DNA of 64,000 nucleotides from Escherichia coli (GTDB lineage Bacteria; Pseudomonadota; Gammaproteobacteria; Enterobacterales; Enterobacteriaceae): NCBI RefSeq assembly GCF_024502345.1, contig NZ_JALDNN010000001.1; one strand, 5' to 3'. Shown piece by piece: positions 1 to 10,500 of this stretch (position 1 is its first letter; each line of letters starts with the position of its first letter). The notes under the pieces were generated by a model. It saw only the letters and a program-made list of their open reading frames with translations, ran no database searches and was not told where the DNA came from. The position numbers and the translations under genes were made by a program.

Positions 1-1421
1 TTTTTCTCCGGGAAGGCTTCCCGTGCCAGTTCACGATGACTACTCGGCACCACAAAGCGATCTTCGTAGTTAGCAATCGCCAGATAACGGTACATCTCCT
101 GTGCCTGGGCTTCGGTCAGACCGACCTCTTCCAGCGCACGGGTATCCACTTTCCCGTCAACGGTTTCAGCACGTTTGTAATGACGCATCGCCAGCATACG
201 TTTCAGCGCGCGCAGTACCGGTTTGGTATCACCGGCGGTCAGCAGATTCGCCAGATACTGTACCGGAATACGCAGGCTTTCGACGTCTGGCAGAATGCCG
301 TTGCTACCCAGCTCACCCGCGTCTGCTGCAGACTGAATCGGAGACAGAGGCGGCACGTACCAGACCATCGGCAGTGTGCGATATTCTGGATGCAGCGGCA
401 GCGCCAGTTTCCATTCCATTGCCATTTTATAAACCGGCGACTGCTGTGCGGCTTCAATAACGCTCAGCGGAATACCGTCTTTAATCGCCTGCTCGATGAC
501 TTTCGGATCGTTCGGATCGAGGAACACCTCCAGCTGACGCTGGTAAAGATCTTTCTCGTTCTCGGTGCTGGCTGCACGTTCAATCGCGTCGGCATCGTAC
601 AGCAGCACGCCAAGATAACGGATACGACCGACACAGGTTTCTGAGCACACGGTCGGCTGACCCGCTTCAATACGCGGATAGCAGAAGATGCACTTCTCAG
701 ACTTACCGCTCTTCCAGTTGAAGTAGATTTTTTTGTACGGGCATCCGGTGATGCACATACGCCAGCCACGGCATTTATCCTGGTCGATCAGGACGATGCC
801 ATCTTCTTCACGCTTGTAAATCGCACCGCTCGGGCAGGTCGCCACACATGCCGGGTTCAGGCAGTGTTCGCACAGGCGCGGCAAATACATCATAAAGGTG
901 TTTTCGAACTGGCTATACATCGCCTTCTGGATGTTGTCGAAGTTCTTGTCTTTCGCCAGTTTGTCAAACTCACCACCCAGGTCATCTTCCCAGTTCGGCC
1001 CTTTTTCGATTTTCGCCATCCGTTCCCCGGTAATCAGCGAACGCGGACGGGCAATCGGCTGCGATTTGCTGCCTTCAGGCGCGGTATGCAGGTTCTGATA
1101 GTCAAAATCGAACGGCTCGTAATAATCGTCGATCCCCGGCAGATGCGGGTTAGCGAAGATTTTACCCAGCAACATGGCACGGTTACCCATGCGCGGCTGC
1201 AGTTTGCCGTTGATTTTACGGATCCAGCCGCCTTTGTATTTTTCCTGGTTTTCCCAGTCAGTCGGGAAGCCCTGACCCGGCTTGGTTTCCACGTTGTTGA
1301 ACCACGCGTATTCCACGCCTTCACGGCTGGTCCAGACGTTTTTACAGGTAACTGAACAGGTGTGACAGCCGATGCACTTATCGAGATTCAGCACCATGCC
1401 GACTTGTGAACGAATTTTCAT
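1..1421 (-). CDS. narH: Respiratory nitrate reductase beta subunit, 5' part only (C-terminus lies beyond window start)
   Basis: Reverse complement of 1362-1421 reads ATG AAA ATT CGT... = MKIRSQVGMVLNLDKCIGCH (ferredoxin-type Cys motif); the ATG overlaps the narG stop; open to the window edge. Confidence 0.85.
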   Translation of the reverse strand, partial: MKIRSQVGMVLNLDKCIGCHTCSVTCKNVWTSREGVEYAWFNNVETKPGQGFPTDWENQEKYKGGWIRKINGKLQPRMGNRAMLLGKIFANPHLPGIDDYYEPFDFDYQNLHTAPEGSKSQPIARPRSLITGERMAKIEKGPNWEDDLGGEFDKLAKDKNFDNIQKAMYSQFENTFMMYLPRLCEHCLNPACVATCPSGAIYKREEDGIVLIDQDKCRGWRMCITGCPYKKIYFNWKSGKSEKCIFCYPRIEAGQPTVCSETCVGRIRYLGVLLYDADAIERAASTENEKDLYQRQLEVFLDPNDPKVIEQAIKDGIPLSVIEAAQQSPVYKMAMEWKLALPLHPEYRTLPMVWYVPPLSPIQSAADAGELGSNGILPDVESLRIPVQYLANLLTAGDTKPVLRALKRMLAMRHYKRAETVDGKVDTRALEEVGLTEAQAQEMYRYLAIANYEDRFVVPSSHRELAREAFPEK

Positions 1422-4400
1422 TTTACGCTCTCCTGTACCTGGTCATTGCCTTCGCCATCTAACCAGTCAATGTTCTTCATCTTACGCACTACAACAAACT
1501 CATCGCGGTTAGAACCTACGGTGCCGTAGTAGTTAAAGCCGTATGCCAGATGGGCATAGCCGCCGATCATATGCGTCGGTTTCGGCGTGATACGGGTGAC
1601 CGAGTTATGGATACCACCACGCTGTTGGGTAATTTCCGAACCAGGCAGGTTAACGATACGTTCCTGCGCGTGGTACATCATGGTCATCCCTGCCGGAACA
1701 CGCTGGCTGACAACCGCACGGGCAGTCAGAGCACCGTTGCTGTTGAATACTTCAATCCAGTCGTTATCGGCGATACCCAGATCTTTGGCATCGGCTTCAC
1801 TCAACCAGACCACCGGACCACCGCGACCTAAAGTCAGCATCAGCAGGTTGTCGCTGTAGGTGGAGTGGATACCCCACTTCTGGTGCGGCGTCAGGAAGTT
1901 GAGCGCTTTTTCCGGGTTGCCGTTGGATTTCTGGCCTATCACTTCTTTCACCGAACGGGTGTCGATCGGCGGACGATAAACCAGCAGGCTTTCACCGAAA
2001 TCACGCATCCACTGGTGATCCTGATACAGTTGCTGACGACCAGAGAGCGTACGCCATGGGATCAGCTCGTGAACGTTGGTGTAACCGGCGTTGTAAGAAA
2101 CGTGTTCATCTTCCAGACCAGACCAGGTCGGGCTGGAGATAATTTTGCGCGGCTGTGCCTGAATATCGCGGAAGCGGATCTTCTCGTCTTCTTTATTCAG
2201 CGCCAGATGCGTATGGTCACGACCGGTAAATTCGCTCAGGGCAGCCCAGGCTTTCACGGCTACCTGACCGTTGGTTTCCGGTGCCAGTGTCAGGATCATC
2301 TCTGCCGCATCAATTGCGGTGTTCAGCATCGGCTGGCCTTTCGCCGGACCTTCCGCTTTGGTGTAGTTGAGCTTACGCAGCAGATCCATCTCGCTCTGGG
2401 TGTTCCAGGCAATCCCTTTACCGCCGTTACCGATTTTCTCCATCAGCGGGCCGATAGAGGTAAAGCGTTCGTAAGTTGCCGGATAATCGCGCTCTACGAC
2501 CATAATGTGCGGTGCAGTTTTGCCTGGGATCAGGTCGCATTCGCCTTTTTTCCAGTCTTTCACATCCAGCGGCTGCGCCAGTTCAGCGGCAGAGTCGTGC
2601 TGGATAGGCAGCGTGACGATGTCGGTTTCTTTACCCAGATGGCCGACGCACACTTCGGAGAATTTCTTCGCGATGGCTTTGTAGATTTCCCAGTCGCTTT
2701 TCGCTTCCCAGGCCGGATCGACCGCCGCAGACAGCGGGTGAATAAACGGATGCATATCCGAAGTATTCATGTCGTCTTTTTCGTACCAGGTCGCCGTCGG
2801 CAAAATGATGTCGGAATAGAGGCAGGTGCTCGACAGACGGAAGTCCAGCGTAACCACCAGATCCAGCTTGCCTTCCAGACCATTGTCCTGCCAGTCCACT
2901 TCTTCCGGCTTCACGCCGCCCTGCTGCCCCAGATCTTTACCCTGGATACCGTGCTCCGTCCCCAGCAGGTACTTGAGCATAAACTCATGACCTTTACCGG
3001 AAGAACCGAGCAGGTTAGAACGCCAGATGAACAGGTTGCGCGGGTGGTTTTTACCGTTTTCTGGTTGTTCTGCCGCAAAACGGATGGAACCCTCTTTCAG
3101 GGATTTCACCGTATAGTCCACCGGATTCATCCCGGCTTTTTCCGCTTCGCCAGCGATAGTCAGCGGGTTAGTGCCTAACTGCGGTGCAGACGGCAGCCAG
3201 CCCATGCGTTCCGCACGGACGTTAAAGTCGATCAGGTGTCCGGTATAACGGGATTTATCCGCCATCGGTGACAGCAGTTCTTCCGCAGTCACGGTTTCAT
3301 AACGCCACTGGCTGGAGTGGTTATAGAAATAAGAAGTGCTGTTCATGTGACGCGCCGGACGCTGCCAGTCAAGGGCAAACGCCAGCGGCTGCCAGCCGGT
3401 TTGCGGACGCAGTTTTTCCTGACCTACATAGTGCGCCCAGCCGCCCCCGCTCTGACCGACACAACCGCAGAAAATCAGCATGTTGATCAGACCACGATAG
3501 TTCATATCGAGGTGATACCAGTGGTTCAGCCCCGCACCGACGATAATCATCGAACGACCGTGGGTTTTATCAGCGTTGTCGGCAAATTCACGGGCAATAC
3601 GGATAATCTGGCTACGAGAAACGCCAGTGATCTGCTCGGCCCAGGCAGGGGTGTAAGCTTTCACATCATCGTAGCTGGTTGCGCAGTTTACGTCGTTCAG
3701 GCCACGTTCCAGACCGTAGTTTGCCAGCGTCAGATCGTAAACGGTAGTCACCAGAGCGGTGCTGCCGTCAGCCAGTTGCAGGCGTTTCACCGGCAGCTTG
3801 TGCAGGAGCACGTTTTCCAGTTCCACTTTGTTGAAGTGTTCAGTACCGTCGCCACCAAAGTACGGGAAGCCCACCTCAGCGATCTCATCCTGGCTACCCA
3901 GCAGGCTCAGTTGCAGCTCGGTTTCTTCGCCAGTTTTGCCGTCGCGCTGCTCAAGATTCCATTTGCCCTTCTCGCCCCAGCGGAAGCCAATAGAACCGTT
4001 CGGCGCAACCATTTCGCCATTGGTATTAAAGGCGACAGTTTTCCATTCCGGATTGTTTTCCTGGCCCAGCGCATCAACCAGATCAGCAGCGCGCAGCATA
4101 CGACCTGCAGCGTAGTAACCGTCGCGTTCTTCCAGCATCACCAGCATCGGCATGTCGGTGTAGCGACGCACATAGTCGGTGAAATACTGGCTTGGGTTGT
4201 CGAGGTGGAATTCACGCAGCATTACGTGGCCCATCGCCAGCGCCATTGCCGCATCGGTGCCCTGTTTCGGTGCCAGCCACAGATCGCACAGTTTGGCGAT
4301 TTCAGCGTAGTCTGGTGTGACGGCAACAGTTTTGGTGCCTTTGTAACGCACTTCAGTAAAGAAGTGAGCATCCGGGGTACGCGTCTGCGGCACGTTTGAA

Positions 4401-5161
4401 CCCCAGGCGATGATGTAGCTGGAGTTGTACCAGTCAGCAGATTCCGGTACGTCAGTTTGCTCGCCCCAGGTTTGCGGAGACGCAGGAGGCAGGTCGCAGT
4501 ACCAGTCGTAGAAGCTTAAGCAAGTACCGCCAATCAGCGAGAGATAGCGTGCACCCGATGCGTAAGAAACCATCGACATTGCCGGAATTGGCGAGAAACC
4601 AGCAACACGGTCCGGGCCGTAGTTTTTGATGGTGTAAACGTTAGATGCGGCGATCAGCTCGTTCACCTCCTGCCAGGAAGAACGAACAAAACCACCGCGT
4701 CCACGCGCCTGCTTAAAGCTTTTCGCTTTATCGGCGTCTTCAATGATAGAAGCCCATGCCTCAACCGGATCGCTATGCAGCGCCTTCGCTTCACGCCACA
4801 TTTTCATCAGGCGTTTGCGCATCATCGGGTATTTCAGGCGGTTGGCACTGTAAAGATACCAGGAGTAGCTGGCACCGCGCGGGCAGCCGCGAGGTTCATG
4901 GTTTGGCAGATCCGGACGGGTACGCGGATAGTCAGTCTGCTGGGTTTCCCAGGTGACCAGACCGTTTTTGACGTAGATTTTCCAGCTGCAGGAGCCGGTG
5001 CAGTTTACCCCGTGGGTAGAGCGGACGATTTTGTCATGCTGCCAACGCTGGCGATATCCATCCTCCCAGTCACGGTTGGTATTGAGAAGCTGGCCATGCC
5101 CATCGGCAAAGGTTTCACCCTTCTGTTTGAAGTAGCGAAACCGGTCCAGGAATTTACTCAT
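1418..5161 (-). CDS. narG: Respiratory nitrate reductase alpha subunit
   Basis: 1247-aa ORF; N-terminal Cys cluster and molybdopterin oxidoreductase features; stop overlaps narH start. Confidence 0.97.
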   Translation of the reverse strand: MSKFLDRFRYFKQKGETFADGHGQLLNTNRDWEDGYRQRWQHDKIVRSTHGVNCTGSCSWKIYVKNGLVTWETQQTDYPRTRPDLPNHEPRGCPRGASYSWYLYSANRLKYPMMRKRLMKMWREAKALHSDPVEAWASIIEDADKAKSFKQARGRGGFVRSSWQEVNELIAASNVYTIKNYGPDRVAGFSPIPAMSMVSYASGARYLSLIGGTCLSFYDWYCDLPPASPQTWGEQTDVPESADWYNSSYIIAWGSNVPQTRTPDAHFFTEVRYKGTKTVAVTPDYAEIAKLCDLWLAPKQGTDAAMALAMGHVMLREFHLDNPSQYFTDYVRRYTDMPMLVMLEERDGYYAAGRMLRAADLVDALGQENNPEWKTVAFNTNGEMVAPNGSIGFRWGEKGKWNLEQRDGKTGEETELQLSLLGSQDEIAEVGFPYFGGDGTEHFNKVELENVLLHKLPVKRLQLADGSTALVTTVYDLTLANYGLERGLNDVNCATSYDDVKAYTPAWAEQITGVSRSQIIRIAREFADNADKTHGRSMIIVGAGLNHWYHLDMNYRGLINMLIFCGCVGQSGGGWAHYVGQEKLRPQTGWQPLAFALDWQRPARHMNSTSYFYNHSSQWRYETVTAEELLSPMADKSRYTGHLIDFNVRAERMGWLPSAPQLGTNPLTIAGEAEKAGMNPVDYTVKSLKEGSIRFAAEQPENGKNHPRNLFIWRSNLLGSSGKGHEFMLKYLLGTEHGIQGKDLGQQGGVKPEEVDWQDNGLEGKLDLVVTLDFRLSSTCLYSDIILPTATWYEKDDMNTSDMHPFIHPLSAAVDPAWEAKSDWEIYKAIAKKFSEVCVGHLGKETDIVTLPIQHDSAAELAQPLDVKDWKKGECDLIPGKTAPHIMVVERDYPATYERFTSIGPLMEKIGNGGKGIAWNTQSEMDLLRKLNYTKAEGPAKGQPMLNTAIDAAEMILTLAPETNGQVAVKAWAALSEFTGRDHTHLALNKEDEKIRFRDIQAQPRKIISSPTWSGLEDEHVSYNAGYTNVHELIPWRTLSGRQQLYQDHQWMRDFGESLLVYRPPIDTRSVKEVIGQKSNGNPEKALNFLTPHQKWGIHSTYSDNLLMLTLGRGGPVVWLSEADAKDLGIADNDWIEVFNSNGALTARAVVSQRVPAGMTMMYHAQERIVNLPGSEITQQRGGIHNSVTRITPKPTHMIGGYAHLAYGFNYYGTVGSNRDEFVVVRKMKNIDWLDGEGNDQVQESVK

Positions 5162-5252
5162 CGGTTTTCTCCTGTGGGAGCCTGTCGGCCCTCTGATAAA
5201 TCGACATTGCTAATGTTTAAGGGCAAGGTAACGCTCTGAAACAGCGTGGGAA

Positions 5253-5266
5253 TTGATAACGATCAA
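5253..5266 (-). promoter_or_regulatory. FNR-type site TTGATaacgATCAA upstream of narG
   Basis: Perfect TTGAT-N4-ATCAA palindrome about 92-105 bp upstream of the narG ATG. Confidence 0.6.
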
Positions 5267-5400
5267 GAGTGATGGGGATGAAAAATAAAGTAAATTCCTA
5301 AGGTACCCCTTTAGGATAATTAACAGTTACAGCATAACATACTGTAAATTAAGACGTTTTATACCTGTAGTTATTTAAACTATTAAGATTTTTATGCAAA

Positions 5401-5416
5401 TGGGTATTAAGGAGTA
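5401..5416 (-). promoter_or_regulatory. Candidate NarL heptamer pair (TACTCCT-TA-ATACCCA on the narG strand)
   Basis: 7-2-7-like arrangement of TACYYMT-type heptamers in the narG upstream region; a further TACCCCT lies at 5304-5310. Confidence 0.4.
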
Positions 5417-5447
5417 TTCCCCATGGGTAACATATTAATGGCTCTTA

Positions 5448-5456
5448 ATGAAATCC
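5448..5456. repeat. Left copy of 9-bp target-site duplication ATGAAATCC flanking IS1
   Basis: Identical 9-mer directly abuts both IS1 ends. Confidence 0.85.
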
Positions 5457-5511
5457 GGTGATGCTGCCAACTTACTGATTTAGTGTATGATGGTGTTTTT
5501 GAGGTGCTCCA

Positions 5512-5787
5512 GTGGCTTCTGTTTCTATCAGCTGTCCCTCCTGTTCAGCTACTGACGGGGTGGTGCGTAACGGCAAAAGCACCGCCGGACATCAGCGCTA
5601 TCTCTGCTCTCACTGCCGTAAAACATGGCAACTGCAGTTCACTTACACCGCTTCTCAACCCGGTACGCACCAGAAAATCATTGATATGGCCATGAATGGC
5701 GTTGGATGCCGGGCAACCGCCCGCATTATGGGCGTTGGCCTCAACACGATTTTCCGCCATTTAAAAAACTCAGGCCGCAGTCGGTAA
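5512..5787 (+). CDS. insA: IS1 InsA
   Basis: 91-aa [27 protein letters not shown]... with zinc-finger Cys pattern. Confidence 0.9.
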   Translation: MASVSISCPSCSATDGVVRNGKSTAGHQRYLCSHCRKTWQLQFTYTASQPGTHQKIIDMAMNGVGCRATARIMGVGLNTIFRHLKNSGRSR

Positions 5788-6209
5788 CCTCGCGCATACA
5801 GCCGGGCAGTGACGTCATCGTCTGCGCGGAAATGGACGAACAGTGGGGATACGTCGGGGCTAAATCGCGCCAGCGCTGGCTGTTTTACGCGTATGACAGG
5901 CTCCGGAAGACGGTTGTTGCGCACGTATTCGGTGAACGCACTATGGCGACGCTGGGGCGTCTTATGAGCCTGCTGTCACCCTTTGACGTGGTGATATGGA
6001 TGACGGATGGCTGGCCGCTGTATGAATCCCGCCTGAAGGGAAAGCTGCACGTAATCAGCAAGCGATATACGCAGCGAATTGAGCGGCATAACCTGAATCT
6101 GAGGCAGCACCTGGCACGGCTGGGACGGAAGTCGCTGTCGTTCTCAAAATCGGTGGAGCTGCATGACAAAGTCATCGGGCATTATCTGAACATAAAACAC
6201 TATCAATAA
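5706..6209 (+). CDS. insB: IS1 InsB reading frame (expressed as InsAB' by -1 frameshift)
   Basis: 167-aa ORF overlapping insA in the -1 frame; slippery TTAAAAAAC at the overlap. Confidence 0.85.
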   Translation: MPGNRPHYGRWPQHDFPPFKKLRPQSVTSRIQPGSDVIVCAEMDEQWGYVGAKSRQRWLFYAYDRLRKTVVAHVFGERTMATLGRLMSLLSPFDVVIWMTDGWPLYESRLKGKLHVISKRYTQRIERHNLNLRQHLARLGRKSLSFSKSVELHDKVIGHYLNIKHYQ

Positions 6210-6224
6210 GTTGGAGTCATTACC

Positions 6225-6233
6225 ATGAAATCC
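6225..6233. repeat. Right copy of 9-bp target-site duplication ATGAAATCC
   Basis: Matches 5448-5456 exactly. Confidence 0.85.
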
Positions 6234-6281
6234 GGCGAAATAAACCATATAACATTAGTATGTTGTAACTAAATGACGCAT

Positions 6282-6307
6282 AAAAAAAGCGCGACATCAT
6301 GCCGCGC
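6282..6307 (-). terminator. Rho-independent terminator downstream of narK
   Basis: On the minus strand GCGCG-loop-CGCGC followed by a T7 run, 24-49 bp past the narK stop. Confidence 0.5.
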
Positions 6308-6330
6308 AAAGGATAATCAAATATTAAGAT

Positions 6331-7722
6331 TTATTTTTTAGAATGCCGACCATATACCGCCCAGGTAATCACTACGCAGGCGATATAGAAAATCAAAAAT
6401 ACCTTCATTGCGCCGACTGGCGAACCCGTTAATGCCAGCGAGCTACCAAACGCTTTCGGGATAAAGAAGCCACCAATCGCGCCAATCGCAGAGATGAAAC
6501 CCAGCGCCGCCGCCGTGTCGGTTGCCGCTTCACGCATCGCACGTTCGTCAGAACCCCCTTCTGCTTTCACGCGATCCATTGTCAGTTTACGGAAGATCAC
6601 TGAAATCATCTGGAAAGTGGAACCACTACCCAGCCCAGCTGTCAGGAACAGCGCCAGGAAGACCGCGAAGAACGCCATGAAGCTTCCGCCCTGCCCGTCA
6701 GTTGGTAAGGTCAGGAACAGCAGGCCGCTGAAAATCGCCATCAGAATAAAGTTCACCAGCGTGACACGAGTTCCGCCCAGACGGTCAGATAATGCACCAC
6801 CTGCAGAACGCGCCAGCGCACCAATAAACGGCCCGAAGAAAGCGTATTGCAGAATCTGAACATCCGGGAACTGCGTTTTTGACAGCATTGCAAAGCCCGC
6901 GGAGAAGCCGATGAAGGAGCCGAAGGTTGCCAGATACAGCAGGCTCATAATCCACAGATGACCCCGTTTGAGTACCGGCAACTGCTCCTTGATGGAGGCT
7001 TTCGAGGTAGCAAGATCGTTCATGCCAAACCACGCCGCAATGGTGAAGATGGCAAGGAACGGCACCCATATCCAGGACGCATTCGCCAGATACAGCTCAG
7101 TCCCATCCGGCTGTTTGACGCCCTGGCTACCAAATACTGCGAAAATCGACAGTGATACCACCAGCGGAGCAACCAACTGCATGACGCTGACGCCCATGTT
7201 TCCCAGACCACCATTCAGACCCAGCGCGCCACCCTGCTTTTGTTTCGGAAAGAAGAAGCTGATGTTTGCCATACTGGATGCGAAGTTCGCGCCAGCAAAG
7301 CCGCATAGCAGAGAGATGATGATGAAGACGCTATAAGGCGTGGAGGTATCCTGCACGGCAAAACCCAGCCAGACGCAAGGAATAATCAGAATACCGGTGC
7401 TGAACGCCGTCCAGCGACGACCACCGAAGATAGGAACCATAAAGGAGTATGGAACACGTAATAACGCGCCAGAAACCGAAGGCAGCGCAGTCAACATAAA
7501 TAGCTGATCGGTCGTAAAATTAAAACCGACTTTCGGTAAGTTCACCGCAACAGCGCTGAACAACATCCATACGCAAAACGCCAGCAGCAGACAGGGAACG
7601 GAAACCCACAGGTTGCGGCTGGCAATACGTTGACCGCGTTGTTGCCAGAACGCAGGATCTTCCGGTCGCCAATCTGTAATGACAGCTCCAGTAGCCCTTT
7701 CGGGGGCGGATGAGTGACTCAT
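6331..7722 (-). CDS. narK: Nitrate/nitrite antiporter (MFS)
   Basis: ORF 6331-7728; start placed at the third codon (MSHSSAPERATGAV...) for a 463-aa product. Confidence 0.95.
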   Translation of the reverse strand: MSHSSAPERATGAVITDWRPEDPAFWQQRGQRIASRNLWVSVPCLLLAFCVWMLFSAVAVNLPKVGFNFTTDQLFMLTALPSVSGALLRVPYSFMVPIFGGRRWTAFSTGILIIPCVWLGFAVQDTSTPYSVFIIISLLCGFAGANFASSMANISFFFPKQKQGGALGLNGGLGNMGVSVMQLVAPLVVSLSIFAVFGSQGVKQPDGTELYLANASWIWVPFLAIFTIAAWFGMNDLATSKASIKEQLPVLKRGHLWIMSLLYLATFGSFIGFSAGFAMLSKTQFPDVQILQYAFFGPFIGALARSAGGALSDRLGGTRVTLVNFILMAIFSGLLFLTLPTDGQGGSFMAFFAVFLALFLTAGLGSGSTFQMISVIFRKLTMDRVKAEGGSDERAMREAATDTAAALGFISAIGAIGGFFIPKAFGSSLALTGSPVGAMKVFLIFYIACVVITWAVYGRHSKK

Positions 7723-7781
7723 AGACACCTCTGATACTCGTTTCGATGTCTGCCACCTTAGTGTCTGTAGCTAAAGGCAAT

Positions 7782-7795
7782 TTGATGTAAATCAA
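7782..7795 (-). promoter_or_regulatory. FNR site TTGATgtaaATCAA in narK promoter
   Basis: Perfect TTGAT-N4-ATCAA about 60 bp upstream of the narK ATG; second FNR-like half-site near 7816-7829. Confidence 0.6.
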
Positions 7796-8060
7796 ACGAT
7801 AAGATAACTTTATCTATCATTGATATTTATCATTACCCATAGTGAGTACAGTGATTTCATAAAAATTATGAGATTTTTCACGGTGCTGTAAAATCCCTAC
7901 CCTTACCGATGTAAAGCGACTAACCACACGGCAAATAAGGAGTAACTCTTTCCGGGTATGGGTATACTTCAGCCAATAGCCGAGAATACTGCCATTCCAG
8001 AATGTATCGTCACATTCATTAAGGTTATTGCTCTTTTAAAGCCTGAAGGAAGAGGTTTAC

Positions 8061-9857
8061 ATGCTTAAACGTTGTCTCTCTCCGCTCACCCTGGTTAATC
8101 AGGTTGCGCTTATTGTGTTGCTTTCTACTGCTATTGGACTGGCAGGGATGGCGGTTTCTGGCTGGCTGGTGCAAGGCGTTCAGGGCAGCGCCCATGCAAT
8201 CAACAAAGCGGGATCGCTGCGCATGCAAAGTTACCGTCTGCTGGCAGCAGTGCCATTAAGCGAGAAAGACAAGCCCTTAATTAAAGAGATGGAACAAACA
8301 GCATTTAGCGCCGAGTTAACCCGAGCAGCAGAACGAGACGGACAACTGGCGCAATTACAGGGTTTACAAGATTACTGGCGTAATGAACTGATCCCTGCGC
8401 TAATGCGTGCACAAAACCGCGAAACGGTGTCAGCGGATGTCAGCCAGTTTGTTGCCGGGCTTGATCAACTGGTATCTGGTTTTGACCGCACCACGGAAAT
8501 GCGCATTGAGACAGTGGTGCTGGTCCATCGGGTAATGGCGGTATTTATGGCACTTTTACTGGTGTTCACTATTATCTGGTTGCGGGCGCGACTGCTACAA
8601 CCGTGGCGGCAATTGCTGACAATGGCGAGTGCCGTCAGTCATCGCGATTTTACCCAACGCGCAAACATCAGCGGGCGCAACGAAATGGCGATGCTTGGAA
8701 CTGCATTGAACAATATGTCTGCAGAACTGGCCGAAAGTTATGCCGTACTTGAGCAGCGGGTTCAGGAGAAAACCGCCGGGCTGGAGCATAAAAATCAGAT
8801 CCTCTCTTTTTTATGGCAGGCTAACCGCCGTTTGCATTCCCGCGCCCCGCTGTGTGAACGCCTGTCACCTGTACTCAACGGCTTACAGAATTTAACCCTG
8901 CTACGTGATATCGAATTGCGGGTGTATGACACTGATGATGAAGAGAATCATCAGGAGTTTACCTGCCAGCCAGATATGACTTGTGATGATAAAGGCTGCC
9001 AGCTCTGCCCGCGCGGCGTATTACCCGTTGGTGATCGCGGCACGACCCTGAAGTGGCGGCTGGCTGACTCTCATACGCAGTACGGTATTTTGCTGGCGAC
9101 CCTGCCGCAGGGGCGTCATCTTAGCCATGATCAACAACAACTGGTGGATACCCTGGTTGAACAACTCACCGCCACGCTGGCGCTGGATCGCCATCAGGAA
9201 CGTCAGCAACAGTTGATCGTGATGGAAGAGCGTGCCACCATTGCGCGCGAACTGCATGATTCTATTGCCCAATCTCTCTCTTGCATGAAGATGCAGGTGA
9301 GTTGTTTACAGATGCAGGGCGATGCGCTGCCAGAAAGCAGCCGCGAACTGTTAAGTCAGATCCGTAACGAACTGAATGCATCCTGGGCGCAGTTGCGTGA
9401 ATTGCTCACCACATTCCGCTTGCAGCTCACCGAGCCTGGATTACGTCCGGCGCTGGAGGCGAGTTGCGAAGAGTACAGCGCCAAATTTGGCTTCCCGGTG
9501 AAGCTGGATTATCAATTGCCGCCTCGTCTGGTGCCTTCACATCAGGCAATCCACTTGTTGCAAATTGCCCGTGAGGCATTAAGTAACGCCCTCAAACATT
9601 CGCAAGCGAGTGAGGTCGTGGTGACGGTGGCGCAAAACGATAATCAGGTCAAACTGACCGTCCAGGATAACGGCTGCGGCGTGCCTGAAAATGCCATCCG
9701 CAGCAATCACTACGGCATGATAATAATGCGCGACCGTGCGCAAAGTTTACGAGGCGATTGCCGCGTCCGCCGTCGTGAATCAGGTGGCACCGAAGTGGTG
9801 GTCACCTTTATTCCCGAAAAAACTTTCACAGACGTCCAAGGAGATACCCATGAGTAA
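8061..9857 (+). CDS. narX: Nitrate/nitrite sensor histidine kinase
   Basis: 598-aa ORF with two TM segments, HAMP region and C-terminal kinase region; divergent from narK; 3' end overlaps narL start. Confidence 0.97.
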
Positions 9858-10500
9858 TCAGGAACCGGCTACTATCCTGCTGATCGACGATCACCCGATG
9901 CTGCGAACTGGCGTAAAACAGCTTATCAGTATGGCACCAGATATCACCGTGGTTGGCGAAGCGAGTAATGGCGAACAGGGTATTGAACTGGCGGAGTCTC
10001 TTGATCCCGATCTGATCCTGTTAGATCTCAATATGCCCGGCATGAACGGTCTGGAAACGCTGGATAAACTGCGCGAAAAGTCCCTCTCAGGGCGCATTGT
10101 GGTATTCAGCGTCTCTAACCATGAAGAAGATGTGGTCACCGCACTGAAACGCGGCGCGGATGGTTATCTGTTAAAAGATATGGAACCGGAAGATCTGCTG
10201 AAAGCATTGCATCAGGCAGCTGCTGGCGAAATGGTATTAAGCGAAGCATTAACGCCTGTTCTGGCCGCCAGCTTGCGCGCTAACCGTGCCACTACTGAGC
10301 GCGATGTTAACCAGTTAACCCCACGCGAGCGCGATATTCTCAAGCTGATTGCCCAGGGTTTGCCGAACAAGATGATTGCCCGCCGCCTGGATATCACCGA
10401 AAGCACAGTAAAAGTGCACGTCAAGCACATGCTGAAGAAAATGAAGCTCAAGTCTCGCGTGGAAGCAGCGGTATGGGTGCATCAGGAGCGCATTTTCTGA
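9850..10500 (+). CDS. narL: Nitrate/nitrite response regulator
   Basis: Start placed at internal ATG ([18 protein letters not shown]...) for a 216-aa product; receiver plus LuxR-type HTH. Confidence 0.97.

Larger units (their letters stand above)
5457..6224 (+). mobile_element. IS1 insertion sequence, complete 768 bp
   Basis: Terminal inverted repeats GGTGATGCTGCCAACTTACTGAT (5457-5479) and its complement at 6202-6224; insA and insB ORFs; A6C frameshift motif at 5761-5767. Confidence 0.95.

Noticed and set aside
1865-4399. Long plus-strand ORFs (437 aa at 1865-3178 and 360 aa at 3317-4399) inside narG
   Set aside because: Antisense to the well-supported narG frame; no recognisable domains; typical open antisense frames in a GC-biased gene.
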